Shown here in pieces: positions 1 through 9,400 of a DNA stretch of 64,000 bases. The position numbers and the translations under genes were made by a program. Source of the stretch: Blastococcus sp. GTDB lineage: Bacteria > Actinomycetota > Actinomycetes > Mycobacteriales > Geodermatophilaceae. The stretch spans positions 1,291 to 65,290 of the forward strand of contig JAOPWJ010000053.1 of the NCBI GenBank assembly GCA_025965715.1, given 5' to 3'. Below the pieces are notes generated by a model, which made no database searches, was not told the origin of the DNA, and was given only the letters and a program-made list of their open reading frames with translations. Positions within the stretch are counted from its first letter, which is position 1; every line of letters starts with the position of its first letter.

Positions 1-111
1 TCCGCGCCGGTCACCGCCGTTCCCGCGCGCTCGTGCTGATCAGGCCGCCGGGGATTGGTCGACGTCCCCGGGGGGCACGGGTACAGAAGTCAACGGACGA
101 AGGAGGCGACG

Positions 112-276
112 ATGGGTCTGCTCAGCAAGCTCAGCAAGGCCGGCGTGACCAAGAAGGTCATGGACGAGGGCCGCAAGCCCGAGAACCAGCGCAAGATCAA
201 GGACCTGGTCTCGGGTCTCACGAACAAGAACAGGGGCAGCGGCACCGCCGGCCCTGGAGGCACCGGCCGGCGCTGA
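112..276 (+). CDS. small hypothetical protein (54 aa, Lys-rich)
   Basis: ATG at 112 after AAGGAGG RBS; MGLLSKLSKAGVTKKVMDEGRKPENQRKIKDLVSGL; GC3-rich codons; followed by a hairpin. Confidence 0.8.
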   Translation: MGLLSKLSKAGVTKKVMDEGRKPENQRKIKDLVSGLTNKNRGSGTAGPGGTGRR

Positions 277-287
277 TCCCGGCGCAG

Positions 288-327
288 GACGACGGCCCCC
301 ACCCGATCCCGGGCGGGGGCCGTCGTC
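288..327. terminator. GC-rich hairpin, probable intrinsic terminator between convergent genes
   Basis: GACGACGGCCCCC...GGGGGCCGTCGTC inverted repeat just after the stop at 276. Confidence 0.65.
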
Positions 328-402
328 GTGCACGACCGGACGGGCAGTCGCGGCGGCCCCGACCAGCTAGCCGGTGTTCCGCGCGCGTCCGACGGCCCGA
401 CC

Positions 403-1566
403 TCAGTCGCCCTTGACGTTGACCACCTGGCGCAGCGTGTGCCGCACCTCCACCAGGTCGGCGGCGTCGGCCATCACCTGGTCGATCGGCTTGTAGGCGT
501 CGGGGTGCTCGTCGAGGAAGGCGTCCGAGTGCCCCCACGCGATGCCGGCCATCCGCCCGTCGAGGTCCTTCCGCGTGAACCGCTTGCGAGCCGCCGTCCG
601 GGAGAAGTTGCGCCCCGCCCCGTGCGGCGAGGACATCAGTGACTCCTCGTTCCCGCGGCCGACGACGACGTAGGACGCCGTCCCCATCGACCCGGGAATG
701 AGGCCCCACTGCCCCGTGCGCGCGGAGATCGCGCCCTTGCGGGACAGCCACACCGCGCGGCCGTAGTGCTTCTCCCGCTCGGTGTAGTTGTGATGGCAGT
801 TCACCGTCTCGGCGCGCTCGACCGTCGACGTCAGGAACCGGCCGGTCTGGTCGACGACGCGGTCCATCATCTCCTCGCGGTTGAGATAGGCGAACCGCTG
901 CGCCCACCGCAGGGCCTCGATGTAGGCGTCGAACTCGGGCGTCCCCTCCTGGAGGAAGGCAAGGTCGCGGTCGGTGAGCTCGATGCCCCGCGACCGGCAC
1001 CACTCCTGCGCCCGCCGGATGTGGATGGACGCGAGCTTGTTGCCCACGCCGCGCGAGCCGGAGTGGAGGAACAGCCACACCCGGTCGCCCTCGTCCAGCG
1101 ACACCTCGATGACGTGGTTGCCCGACCCGAGGGAGCCCAGCTGCTCCGGCCAGTGCGGCACGGCCCCGTCGGCCTGCTTCACCCCGGCCATCGCGCGCAG
1201 CTCCTCGACCCGTGGCTTCGCCGTCTCGCGGATCGACTTGTTGTGCCGGCCGGCCGACAGCGGGATCGAGCGCGAGATCTGCCCGTGCAGCACCGACAGG
1301 TCGCGACCGGCGAGGTCGTCGGCAGTGAACTGGGTGCGGACGGCCATCATTCCGCAGCCGATGTCCACCCCGACCGCCGCCGGGATGATCGCGCCCTCCG
1401 TCGGGATGACCGAGCCGACGGTCGCGCCCTTGCCCAGGTGCGCGTCGGGCATCAGGGCCAGGTGCGGGTAGATGAACGGCATCGACGCGGTGCGCTCGGC
1501 CTGCTCGCGGGTGGCGGGGTCCAGGATCGACGCCCAGTTGTACAGGCGGTCGTTGATCTTCTCCAT
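403..1566 (-). CDS. rtcB: RtcB family RNA ligase
   Basis: MPDAHLGKGATVGSVI, GVDIGCGM, GSLGSGNH, HSGSRG, HHNY, HGAGR, DEHPDAYK and C-terminal VNVKG; ATG 1566 after GAAAGGA. Confidence 0.93.
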   Translation of the reverse strand: MEKINDRLYNWASILDPATREQAERTASMPFIYPHLALMPDAHLGKGATVGSVIPTEGAIIPAAVGVDIGCGMMAVRTQFTADDLAGRDLSVLHGQISRSIPLSAGRHNKSIRETAKPRVEELRAMAGVKQADGAVPHWPEQLGSLGSGNHVIEVSLDEGDRVWLFLHSGSRGVGNKLASIHIRRAQEWCRSRGIELTDRDLAFLQEGTPEFDAYIEALRWAQRFAYLNREEMMDRVVDQTGRFLTSTVERAETVNCHHNYTEREKHYGRAVWLSRKGAISARTGQWGLIPGSMGTASYVVVGRGNEESLMSSPHGAGRNFSRTAARKRFTRKDLDGRMAGIAWGHSDAFLDEHPDAYKPIDQVMADAADLVEVRHTLRQVVNVKGD

Positions 1567-1716
1567 GGTCCTTTCTCTTCTCGGGAACGGGCGAACGGGT
1601 GGCGCAGCCGGTGCAGTCAAGCCGTCGTCGCCGGAAACCGCAGCTCCTTTGTTCGGCCATGCCCCGGCGACGACGACCCCACGCCCCGCCCGGGGGTCAA
1701 CTGGCACGCTCCTGGC

Positions 1717-2184
1717 ATGCCACCGGTCCGCAGCTCCGGCGTCCTGCTGTACCGACGGGCGGACGGCGCCGTGCAGGTGCTGCTCGGACACATGGGCGGC
1801 CCCTTCTGGGCGAGGAAGGACGACGGCGCCTGGTCGATCCCCAAGGGCGAGCACGACCCGGACGAGGACGCCGAGGCGGCCGCCCGCCGGGAGTTCGCCG
1901 AGGAGCTCGGAGTGCCGGCGCCGGCAACCGGGCTGGTTCCGCTCGGGGAGCTGCGCGGTCGCAAGCTGCTCACCGTCTGGGCCGCGGAGGGGGAACTGGA
2001 CGTCGGCGCCGTGGTCAGCAACACCTTCGAGGTCGAGTGGCCGCCTCGCTCCGGCCGGCTGCGGGAGTTTCCCGAGATCGACCGCGCCGCCTGGTTCGAC
2101 GTCGAGAGCGCCCGCGCCAAGATCGTCGCCGGCCAGCGGCCCTTCCTCGACCGGCTGCTCGAGCACCTCCGGAACGGTCGGTGA
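1717..2184 (+). CDS. NUDIX hydrolase
   Basis: HMGGPFW...WSIPKGE...AARREFAEELG Nudix box; FPEIDRAAWF. Confidence 0.9.
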   Translation: MPPVRSSGVLLYRRADGAVQVLLGHMGGPFWARKDDGAWSIPKGEHDPDEDAEAAARREFAEELGVPAPATGLVPLGELRGRKLLTVWAAEGELDVGAVVSNTFEVEWPPRSGRLREFPEIDRAAWFDVESARAKIVAGQRPFLDRLLEHLRNGR

Positions 2185-2224
2185 GCGGTCCGCCCGGAAA
2201 AGGTCGGCGCGCGACGCAGAGAAA

Positions 2225-2276
2225 GTCCCGCGCGGTGTCCCGCGCGGTGGACCGGGCGGTGGACCGGGCGGTGGAC
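2225..2276. repeat. 12-bp tandem repeat (4 imperfect copies)
   Basis: GTCCCGCGCGGT x2 then GGACCGGGCGGT x2. Confidence 0.7.
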
Positions 2277-2514
2277 GAGGCCGCCCGCGGGCACCCGCCC
2301 CCACCGTGATCGGGAACCTCGTGCGCCGCAGAGCCGACGTCGCGGCGGCCAGGACGCCGACCATCGCACTCGCCCGCGACCGCCTGGCGAGTTCCGGGCC
2401 CAGGTCAGCTTCGCCGAACGCGACCACCTCACGCGTCGGGCCGGCCGGCTCAGCGCGGCACTGCGCGACTGAGCAGCCGTCCACATCGGGGTGGAGGCTG
2501 CCGAGAACGCAGAC

Positions 2515-3570
2515 ATGGCGCTTCCCGGACGCAGTAGTCGAACCGTCCGGCGCCTGGTCGCCGCCCTGGTGGTGGGCGCCGCCCTCGTCACCTCGACCGC
2601 CTGCGGTTCGGAGACCCTGACCCCGGTGGCGGCGGGAACGACGACGCCGCCGCCCCCGCCACCGGTCTACTGGCCCCTGACCGGGCTGGAGAGCGGCACC
2701 GTCGCCCCCCGCCCGGCGCTGGCCGTCAAGATCGAGAACTCGGTTTCCGCGCGCCCGCAGACCGGGCTGAACTCCGCCGACATGGTGTGGGAGGAGGTGG
2801 TCGAAGGCGGGATCACCCGATTCGTCGCCGTCTACCACTCCGCGCTGCCGTCCGAGGTCGGCCCCGTCCGGTCGGTCCGGCCGATGGACCCGGCGATCGC
2901 CGCCCCGCTGCGTGGGCTCCTCGCCTTCTCCGGCGGTCAGCGGCCCTTCGTGGACGCGGTGACCGAGGCCGGACTGCAGGTGGTGAGCCACGATGCCGGC
3001 TCGCGGGGCTTCTACCGGCTGGACGCCCGGTCGGCTCCGCACAACGTCTACGCCAGTCCGGCGACGATGCTCGCCCAGGCCGACGCCGGCCACCGGGCGG
3101 CCCCGGCCGCACAGTTCTCCTTCGCCGCCGCGGGGGAGCAGCCGGCGGCGGTCGCGTCCGGCACCCCGGCCTCGGCCCTGAACCTGAAGCTTTCGGGCGT
3201 CAGTCATCCGCGCTGGACGTGGAGCCAGGAGGACGGCGCGTGGCTCCGTGCGGAGGGCAGCACGCCCGCCGTCGGCCCTGACGGCGCCCCGCTGCGCGCG
3301 ACCAACGTCGTGGTTCTGCGGGTCGCCGTCGACAACAGCACCGGCTTCAGTGACCCGGCCGGCAACCCCGTGCCCGAGACCCAGCTCGTCGGCTCCGGTG
3401 AGGCGCTCGTCGCGACCGGCGGCCGCACGGTCGTCGCCAGCTGGACCAAGACGTCGGTCACCGCGCCCCTGGTGCTGACCGGGGGCGTCGGGTGGAAGGT
3501 CACCCTGGCACCGGGCACCACCTGGATCGAGCTGGTGCCGACCGCATCGGGCTCCGTCGCCGTCGGCTGA
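2515..3570 (+). CDS. DUF3048 (YerB-like) lipoprotein
   Basis: signal peptide with lipobox TAC; WPLTG, AVKIEN, ARPQTGLNSADMVWEEVVEGGITRF, GPVRSVRP, RSAPHNVY. Confidence 0.88.
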   Translation: MALPGRSSRTVRRLVAALVVGAALVTSTACGSETLTPVAAGTTTPPPPPPVYWPLTGLESGTVAPRPALAVKIENSVSARPQTGLNSADMVWEEVVEGGITRFVAVYHSALPSEVGPVRSVRPMDPAIAAPLRGLLAFSGGQRPFVDAVTEAGLQVVSHDAGSRGFYRLDARSAPHNVYASPATMLAQADAGHRAAPAAQFSFAAAGEQPAAVASGTPASALNLKLSGVSHPRWTWSQEDGAWLRAEGSTPAVGPDGAPLRATNVVVLRVAVDNSTGFSDPAGNPVPETQLVGSGEALVATGGRTVVASWTKTSVTAPLVLTGGVGWKVTLAPGTTWIELVPTASGSVAVG

Positions 3571-3609
3571 GCGGGGCTGCGGCGTCCTCCGCCGATCCCT
3601 ACCTCCGGG

Positions 3610-4128
3610 TCAGGTGACGCGGCGCGCTCCCGCGTACTCCGGCATGTAGGCGAGGTCGATGACCTTCACCACGTCGCCGGTGTGCGGGGCGGAGACGATC
3701 AGCCCGTCGCCGATGTACATCGCGACGTGGGAAACCGGGCTGTAGAAGAAGACCAGGTCCCCGGGCTCCAGGTCCGCGTAGGCCACCGGAACCCCTACGG
3801 CCGACTGCATGCGGGAGGAATGCGGCAGGTACACGCCAGCGGCCGCGTAGGCGTACTGGGTGAGACCCGAGCAGTCGAACACGTCCGGTCCGGCACCGGC
3901 CCACACGTACGGATCACCGAGCTGGGCAAGGGCGGTGTCGACGGCGACCTGGGCAGTCGGTGTGGGAGCGACGACGGTGGTCGGCGGGGGCGCCGGAGGC
4001 AACGGGCCGGGCGTACCGGCCAGGGCCGGCAGCGGGGTCAGGGCGATGCCCGCGGTGACCGCGAGGACGACGACCCCTCGTCTGACCAGCGAGGGACGAC
4101 GGTGTGCGGACGTGCTCGTAGCCGTCAT
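3610..4128 (-). CDS. secreted NlpC/P60 (C40) peptidoglycan endopeptidase
   Basis: signal peptide; LGDPYVWAGAGPDVFDCSGL, LPHSS, PGDLVFF, SHVAMY. Confidence 0.92.
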   Translation of the reverse strand: MTATSTSAHRRPSLVRRGVVVLAVTAGIALTPLPALAGTPGPLPPAPPPTTVVAPTPTAQVAVDTALAQLGDPYVWAGAGPDVFDCSGLTQYAYAAAGVYLPHSSRMQSAVGVPVAYADLEPGDLVFFYSPVSHVAMYIGDGLIVSAPHTGDVVKVIDLAYMPEYAGARRVT

Positions 4129-4153
4129 GAGGACGGTTCTCCTGTTCTCCACG

Positions 4154-4296
4154 ACCGCCTGCCGAGTCAGCTGACGGGTTCGGGCAGGGAGCTCGCCCGG
4201 CGCCGCCGGACTGCGCCGGCGCGCGCTTCACCCCAGGTGCTCTCGTGGGTCCCCGGCCCGGGCTGCGGCGGCTGCCGACGCCCGGTTCGGCGGTGT
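4154..4296 (-). ncRNA. c-di-AMP (ydaO/yuaA) riboswitch
   Basis: minus strand reads CGCCGAA...CCGGGGACCCA...GGGGTGAA...CCGAACCCGTCAGCTGACTCGGCAGGCG, the actinobacterial ydaO pattern; lies directly 5' of a cell-wall hydrolase gene. Confidence 0.85.
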
Positions 4297-4744
4297 CCGG
4301 CGGGTGTCGCCCTCCGTGGCGACGAGAGCCCGCTGGGACGGCGACGACGCTAGGTGCGCCTCGGCGACGCCACAAAAGGGCCCGGAAGGGCTTACCGGAA
4401 GGCAGTACCTGTGACGTGCCAGTCGCGGAACGCCGTACCGGCGGCGTGACCTGGATCGACGTCGATGCCGGGGTGTTCGGGGCTCCTGTCGCCCGGTCGG
4501 CATGCTCCCCGGGCCGTCTGCGGCGTCGCGGCGTGGCAGAACGCTGCGTGCGCCGTTCGCCACCAGGGCCGGGCACCTGCACCCGAATGTCTCCTCCGAC
4601 GACGCCGGGGATGCCACCCCCGAGCAGTCGTCCCGCGCGGCACAGGGGGCATGTCCGACGACGTCGCCGACGTGCCCCAGAGCGGGGCGGGCAGCAAGCC
4701 GTCCGGCATGCCCGACGCCACCGGCCCCACGGGCTGACCGGGGC

Positions 4745-5698
4745 CTACGACAGGGCGCTCGCCGCCGTCCGCGCGCCCAGCCGTGGGAGCACCTCGCGGT
4801 TGATCAGCTCGACGTCGCCCAGCAGGTCGGCGCTGAACAGCAACGTGTTCACCCGCTCGGCGCCGGCCCGGCCGAACTGCCCGATCAGGTCGACCCAGCG
4901 GTCCGGCGTCCCGTACATGCAGCCTGACGCCATCGTCTCCAGCGGCGCCCCGAAGATGTTCTGGATCATCGGGCCGAGCAGCGCCTCCGCCTCGCCGTCC
5001 TGCCGGCCGATCGCGGCGAAGACGTAGGCGGTGCCACCCACGGCGGCGGGATCGCGGCCCGCGTCCTCGGCGTGCCGGCGTACCTGCGTGAGGCCCGCAC
5101 CGAAGTGCTCGGGACCGACGTAGACCGACAGCCACCCGTCGGCGAGCCGGCCGGCCCGCGAGAACGCGCCGGGGGAGTAGCCACCGACCCAGATCGGGAT
5201 GGGCGTCGCCGGGCGGGGGGACAGCTGTACGTCCGAGCAGGAGTAGTGCTCGCCGGAGTGGTCCACGCGGTCCTCCGTCCAGAGCCGGCGCAGCAAGCGG
5301 ATGTACTCGTCGGTCATCGGCGCCCGGCGGTTCAGCGGGATGCCGCTCAGCTCGTACTCGCCCGGCCGCAGCCCACCGAGCCCGATGCCGGCCACCACGC
5401 GGCCCTCCGACAGGTACTGCGCGGACAGCAGCGCGTGCGCCGTCAGCACCGGGTTCCGGCGGGCCAGGCACATCACCGACGTGCCGATGGTGACCCGGGA
5501 GGTCCGGGCGGCGAGGGCGCCCAGGAAGGTCAGGGAATCCAGCCACGGGACGTCGGACAGGGTCCGGTCGGTCACCCAGATGGAGTCGAAGCCGCCGTCC
5601 TCGGCCGCCTGCACCGCCGGCCACAGCTGGTTCGGCGGCACCGCGGGCGGGAGCACCAGACCCAGCGCCGGAATCTCGGGAGCAATGGTCGACGTCAT
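4745..5698 (-). CDS. LLM-class flavin/F420-dependent oxidoreductase
   Basis: AAEDGGFDSIWVTD, LAARTSRVTIGTSV, LSEGRVVAGIGLG, PIWVGG, RAGRLADGW. Confidence 0.88.
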   Translation of the reverse strand: MTSTIAPEIPALGLVLPPAVPPNQLWPAVQAAEDGGFDSIWVTDRTLSDVPWLDSLTFLGALAARTSRVTIGTSVMCLARRNPVLTAHALLSAQYLSEGRVVAGIGLGGLRPGEYELSGIPLNRRAPMTDEYIRLLRRLWTEDRVDHSGEHYSCSDVQLSPRPATPIPIWVGGYSPGAFSRAGRLADGWLSVYVGPEHFGAGLTQVRRHAEDAGRDPAAVGGTAYVFAAIGRQDGEAEALLGPMIQNIFGAPLETMASGCMYGTPDRWVDLIGQFGRAGAERVNTLLFSADLLGDVELINREVLPRLGARTAASALS

Positions 5699-6462
5699 GG
5701 GAGACCCCCAGTCGGGCTCTGCTGTGTGGTGCGAGGGACCGGCCCTCGTACGTGCAGAGACGGGAGCCGCCGGCCCGGATACAGGGGGCCGGCGACGTCG
5801 GGAACAGGCCTCCGTGGCGTACCAGTCGATTCCCGCCAGCACGGTGCCCAGCCGCTCGGCCGGCCCATCCCGGGTGCCCGCTCCCGCGGTGGACAGGGCG
5901 CCCGAGCCGCTGAGGCTCATGCAGGCCCCGGTCAGGGTGGCCACCCCGACGTCGTCGCCCGGACGACCGGCGCCCTCCGCCGGCGCCTGCGTCGCGCGCC
6001 GGCGACGGGCAGGACGCCGTCGATCGATGGGGCCCGGAGCGCCGCTCGGGCCGTGACGAGCGCCGCCCGCTCCGCGGCCCAAGCGATTGCGAGGCACCTG
6101 GCCACGACCGGCCACCGTGCGCGCGGTCAGCCGCTGGCCGGACACCTCGACCGTCGGCGCCGGGGTGGCGCGCTCGCACCGCACGAACGCGGCGACCAGC
6201 GCCGTCCCCACGGCGCCGGTGCCGGGCAGGACCGGCCTCGTCCGACCCCGGGCAGCTGCCTCACGACGGCGAATACGGCCACGACCCGGCCCAGGCCCTG
6301 GTCGAGTCGGCCCGACCGGACCACGCCGGGCTCGAGTGCGGTGACCTCCCACGGAAGACCACCGCGCGTCCGATGCGAGGGTTGAGTTGTTGCCGTCGAC
6401 ACGGCACGGCACGCCGATACCTGTGACAACAAGTCCACAGTCGAGCCGAGCCGCGCCAGTGC

Positions 6463-9400
6463 TCAGACGGTCAGTAGGCCCGACGGCTGCTCGGTGATGC
6501 GCCCCCGCTCGACCGCGAAGCTGAGCCCGGCTTCCAGCATCGGCGTCACGGTCTGCGTCCTCCGCTTGTAGCCGAACACCCCCGCCGTCTGGGTGAGCAG
6601 CTCGTCGCGCCGCATCCCGGCCGAGGCGCGGCACAGCGCCGCCATCGCGTTGGCGACCTCCTGGGGAGCGACGTGCTCCAGTGGCCGGTCGGTGCTCGAC
6701 ATCTGCCGGCGGAACCCGGTCCACGAGTCAGGGGAGACACCGTCGGGCCATAGGTAATCGTCGACCATGGCCGAGGGCGGCAGGAGCGAGAGCAGGGTCG
6801 ACTTGCGGGCCTCGGTCACCCGGTTGACCCCGAAGGCACCGACGGTCAGCTTGGCCAGCCGGTCGACGTGCACGGGGCCCTCGGTCCTGATGCCGGCGGC
6901 GAGTACCCGGCGCACCACGCGGGCGGCCTTCGACGCCGGCAGCTCGTCGAGCACCGACTTCTCACCGGCCACCTTCGGGATCCACGGTACGAACTGCGTC
7001 TCGCCGTCCATGGGGACCGGGCCGGCCGGCTTGCGCGCCGGCGCAGGCTTGGCCACCGGGCGGAGCGCGGCGGGAGGGACCGTCACCGACGACGTCACCG
7101 AGGCACGCAGCGCCGCCACGCCCTTGAACGACTCGACCGCGGCGGTGGGGAAGGGGACCGCTTCGGGCACGATCTCGGGCACGGTCTCGGGCACGGTGTC
7201 GAGCGCCGCGACCAGTTCGTCCAGGACGGCGCGGGAGTCGGCCAGCCACGACGGCAGCCACACCCTCTGCACCGACGGCCAGCGCAGCATGTCGCCGAGC
7301 ACCTCCACCGGCAGGCCGTCGCGGTCACCGACCGTGCGCCGCCGCGCCCACGAGGGCCCGTCCAGCAGCACGGCCATCACGGGTGTCTCCGGATCGGCAG
7401 GTCGAGAGAGCGACAGGTCGACGCGGAACTCCGAGAGTCCGACGTCCGTGCGCACGACCAGCCCGCGCTCACGCAGGGCCGCGGCGATCGACTCACGGTG
7501 TCGGTCGACGACCGACGTCGACCTCGGGTCGCGGGGCAGCACGTCGGTGCCCTGCGCCGCCAGGTCGAGGTAGGCCCGCAGGTGCTTGATGCCCACCGAG
7601 GACGTCTCCTCGGCCCGCAGCTGCTCGGGGTCGAACGACGAGAACAGCACCACCTGGCGCCGTGCGCGGGTGATCGCGACGTTGAGCCGGCGCTCGCCGC
7701 CCATGCGGTTGAGCGGCCCGAAGTTCAGCGGCAGATTGCCCGCGGCGTTGGGGGAGAATCCGGTGGAGAAGAAGACGACGTCGCGCTCGTCGCCCTGCAC
7801 GTTCTCCAGGTTCTTGACGAACAGTCCCTCCCCGTCGGCGCGGTCGAGCGCGGCCGCCAGCCGGTCGTCGTCCGCGTCGCGGAGCAGCGCCTCGATGTAG
7901 GCGCGCTGCTGGGCGTTGAAGGTGACGACGCCGATCGAGGGCACCGAGGCCGGGGAGGCATCGAACCGCCGCCGGATCTCGGCGACGATCGCCTTCGCCT
8001 CGATCGGGTTGGTGCGCAGCAGTCGCCCGGCACCCGACCGGTGGAACGTGCCGGGCACCCGCACCAGCGAGACCCCGCGGCCGTCGGGCTCCGACGACGA
8101 GCGCCCGTGCGTCGGGGCGGGGAAGGAGGAGAGCCGGTTCTCGTAGTACTGCGCGTTGCTGAAGGCGATCAGCGACTCGTCCTGGCTGCGGTAGTGCCAC
8201 GACAGCCACTGCCGGGGCACCCGTGCCTGCACGCACTCGCTGAGGATCGACTCCTCGTCCTCGACGCCCATCTCCGGGAAGTCCGACCCGTCGTCGGATC
8301 CGGTTGCCGGCTCGGCGAACGACGTGGGCGGCATCTGCTTGGAGTCGCCGACCACGACGGCGGCCTTCGCGCGGCCGAGCGCACCGACGGCGTCGGCCAC
8401 CCGGATCTGCGACGCCTCGTCGAACACCACCAGGTCGAACTGGCCGGAGGAGGCAGGGAAGAACCGCGCCACCGAGTCGGGCGAGACCAGCACGCACGGC
8501 ATCACCGAGGTGATCAGCTCTCCGTACTGCGCCAGTAGCGACCGCACGCCCAGCCCCCGGCGCTGCTTGGCCAGCTCGCGCTGCAGGGCGCCGACCTGGC
8601 CGGAGCCGGACGCGGCGTCGAAGGGGCGCGACGCCAGTACTGCCGCGGGGAGTGCCGCGGCCAGGTGCTCGCGCACCGCGCGGGAGGCGGAGGTGAACCG
8701 GCGGATCGCCTTCTCGTGCGCGCGGGCGTCGAACATGTCCAGGCCCGTGGCGTCCAGCCGCTCGGCGACCGAGGCGGCCGCGAGCCCCCGGTCGAACGCG
8801 CGGACGGCGTCATCGGCCGGTACAGCGCCTGTAACGAGCAGCGTGCGCGCGTCGAAGAGGCCCGCGTAGCGCAGCGGCTCGAGGGTGTCGAGAAAGGTGA
8901 CCCAGCGGCGCAGCGACATCAGCACCGAGCTGGGTGCCACGCCGGAGTCGGGCGCAGGGAGACCGCGCTCCGGGCGGGTCATCGACCAGCGCAGCACGAT
9001 GCCGTCGTCCCCGGCCCAGGTGGCGAGCTGGTCGGTGCTGCTCCCGGCGACGGCGAGCAGGCCCCGGAGCGCGTCGCGCAGTGCCGCGACCGCGTCCGCG
9101 GCGCCCTCCGGCAGGCCGGCGACGATCAGCTTGCGCAGCTGCACGTGGAAGGGCGATGAGCCGTCGACGGCGGCACCCGCCCGGCGCAGCCACTGCACCT
9201 GCGCATCGAGGACGTCGGTGTGCAGGAACGGGTTCCAGCCGTGCGGCACCGACAGACCGGGGATCGAGTCGGCCCGTACCGCGATGGCCTGCACCGCGGT
9301 CTGCACCCGCCAGAGCCTCTCGACCAGCGCCGGCACGTCCTTCGGCTTCACCTTCGCCTCGGGGCGGAGGTACGGCGCGAGCCGGTCGCGCACCGTGAGC

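Noticed and set aside
2225-2276. Short tandem repeats (also 16348-16380 and 17574-17618) as CRISPR or iteron arrays
   Set aside because: 12-15-bp units with no spacers and no cas or rep genes; simple slippage repeats
1567-3207. 934-aa version of RtcB, and similar N-terminal extensions of the LLM, GntR, SDR, CopA and AcuC ORFs
   Set aside because: The extensions overlap genuine genes or promoters; internal starts with an RBS or -10 element fit family lengths
4651-4737. 28-aa ORF MSDDVADVPQSGAGSKPSGMPDATGPTG
   Set aside because: Too short, weak RBS and no motif; cannot be supported
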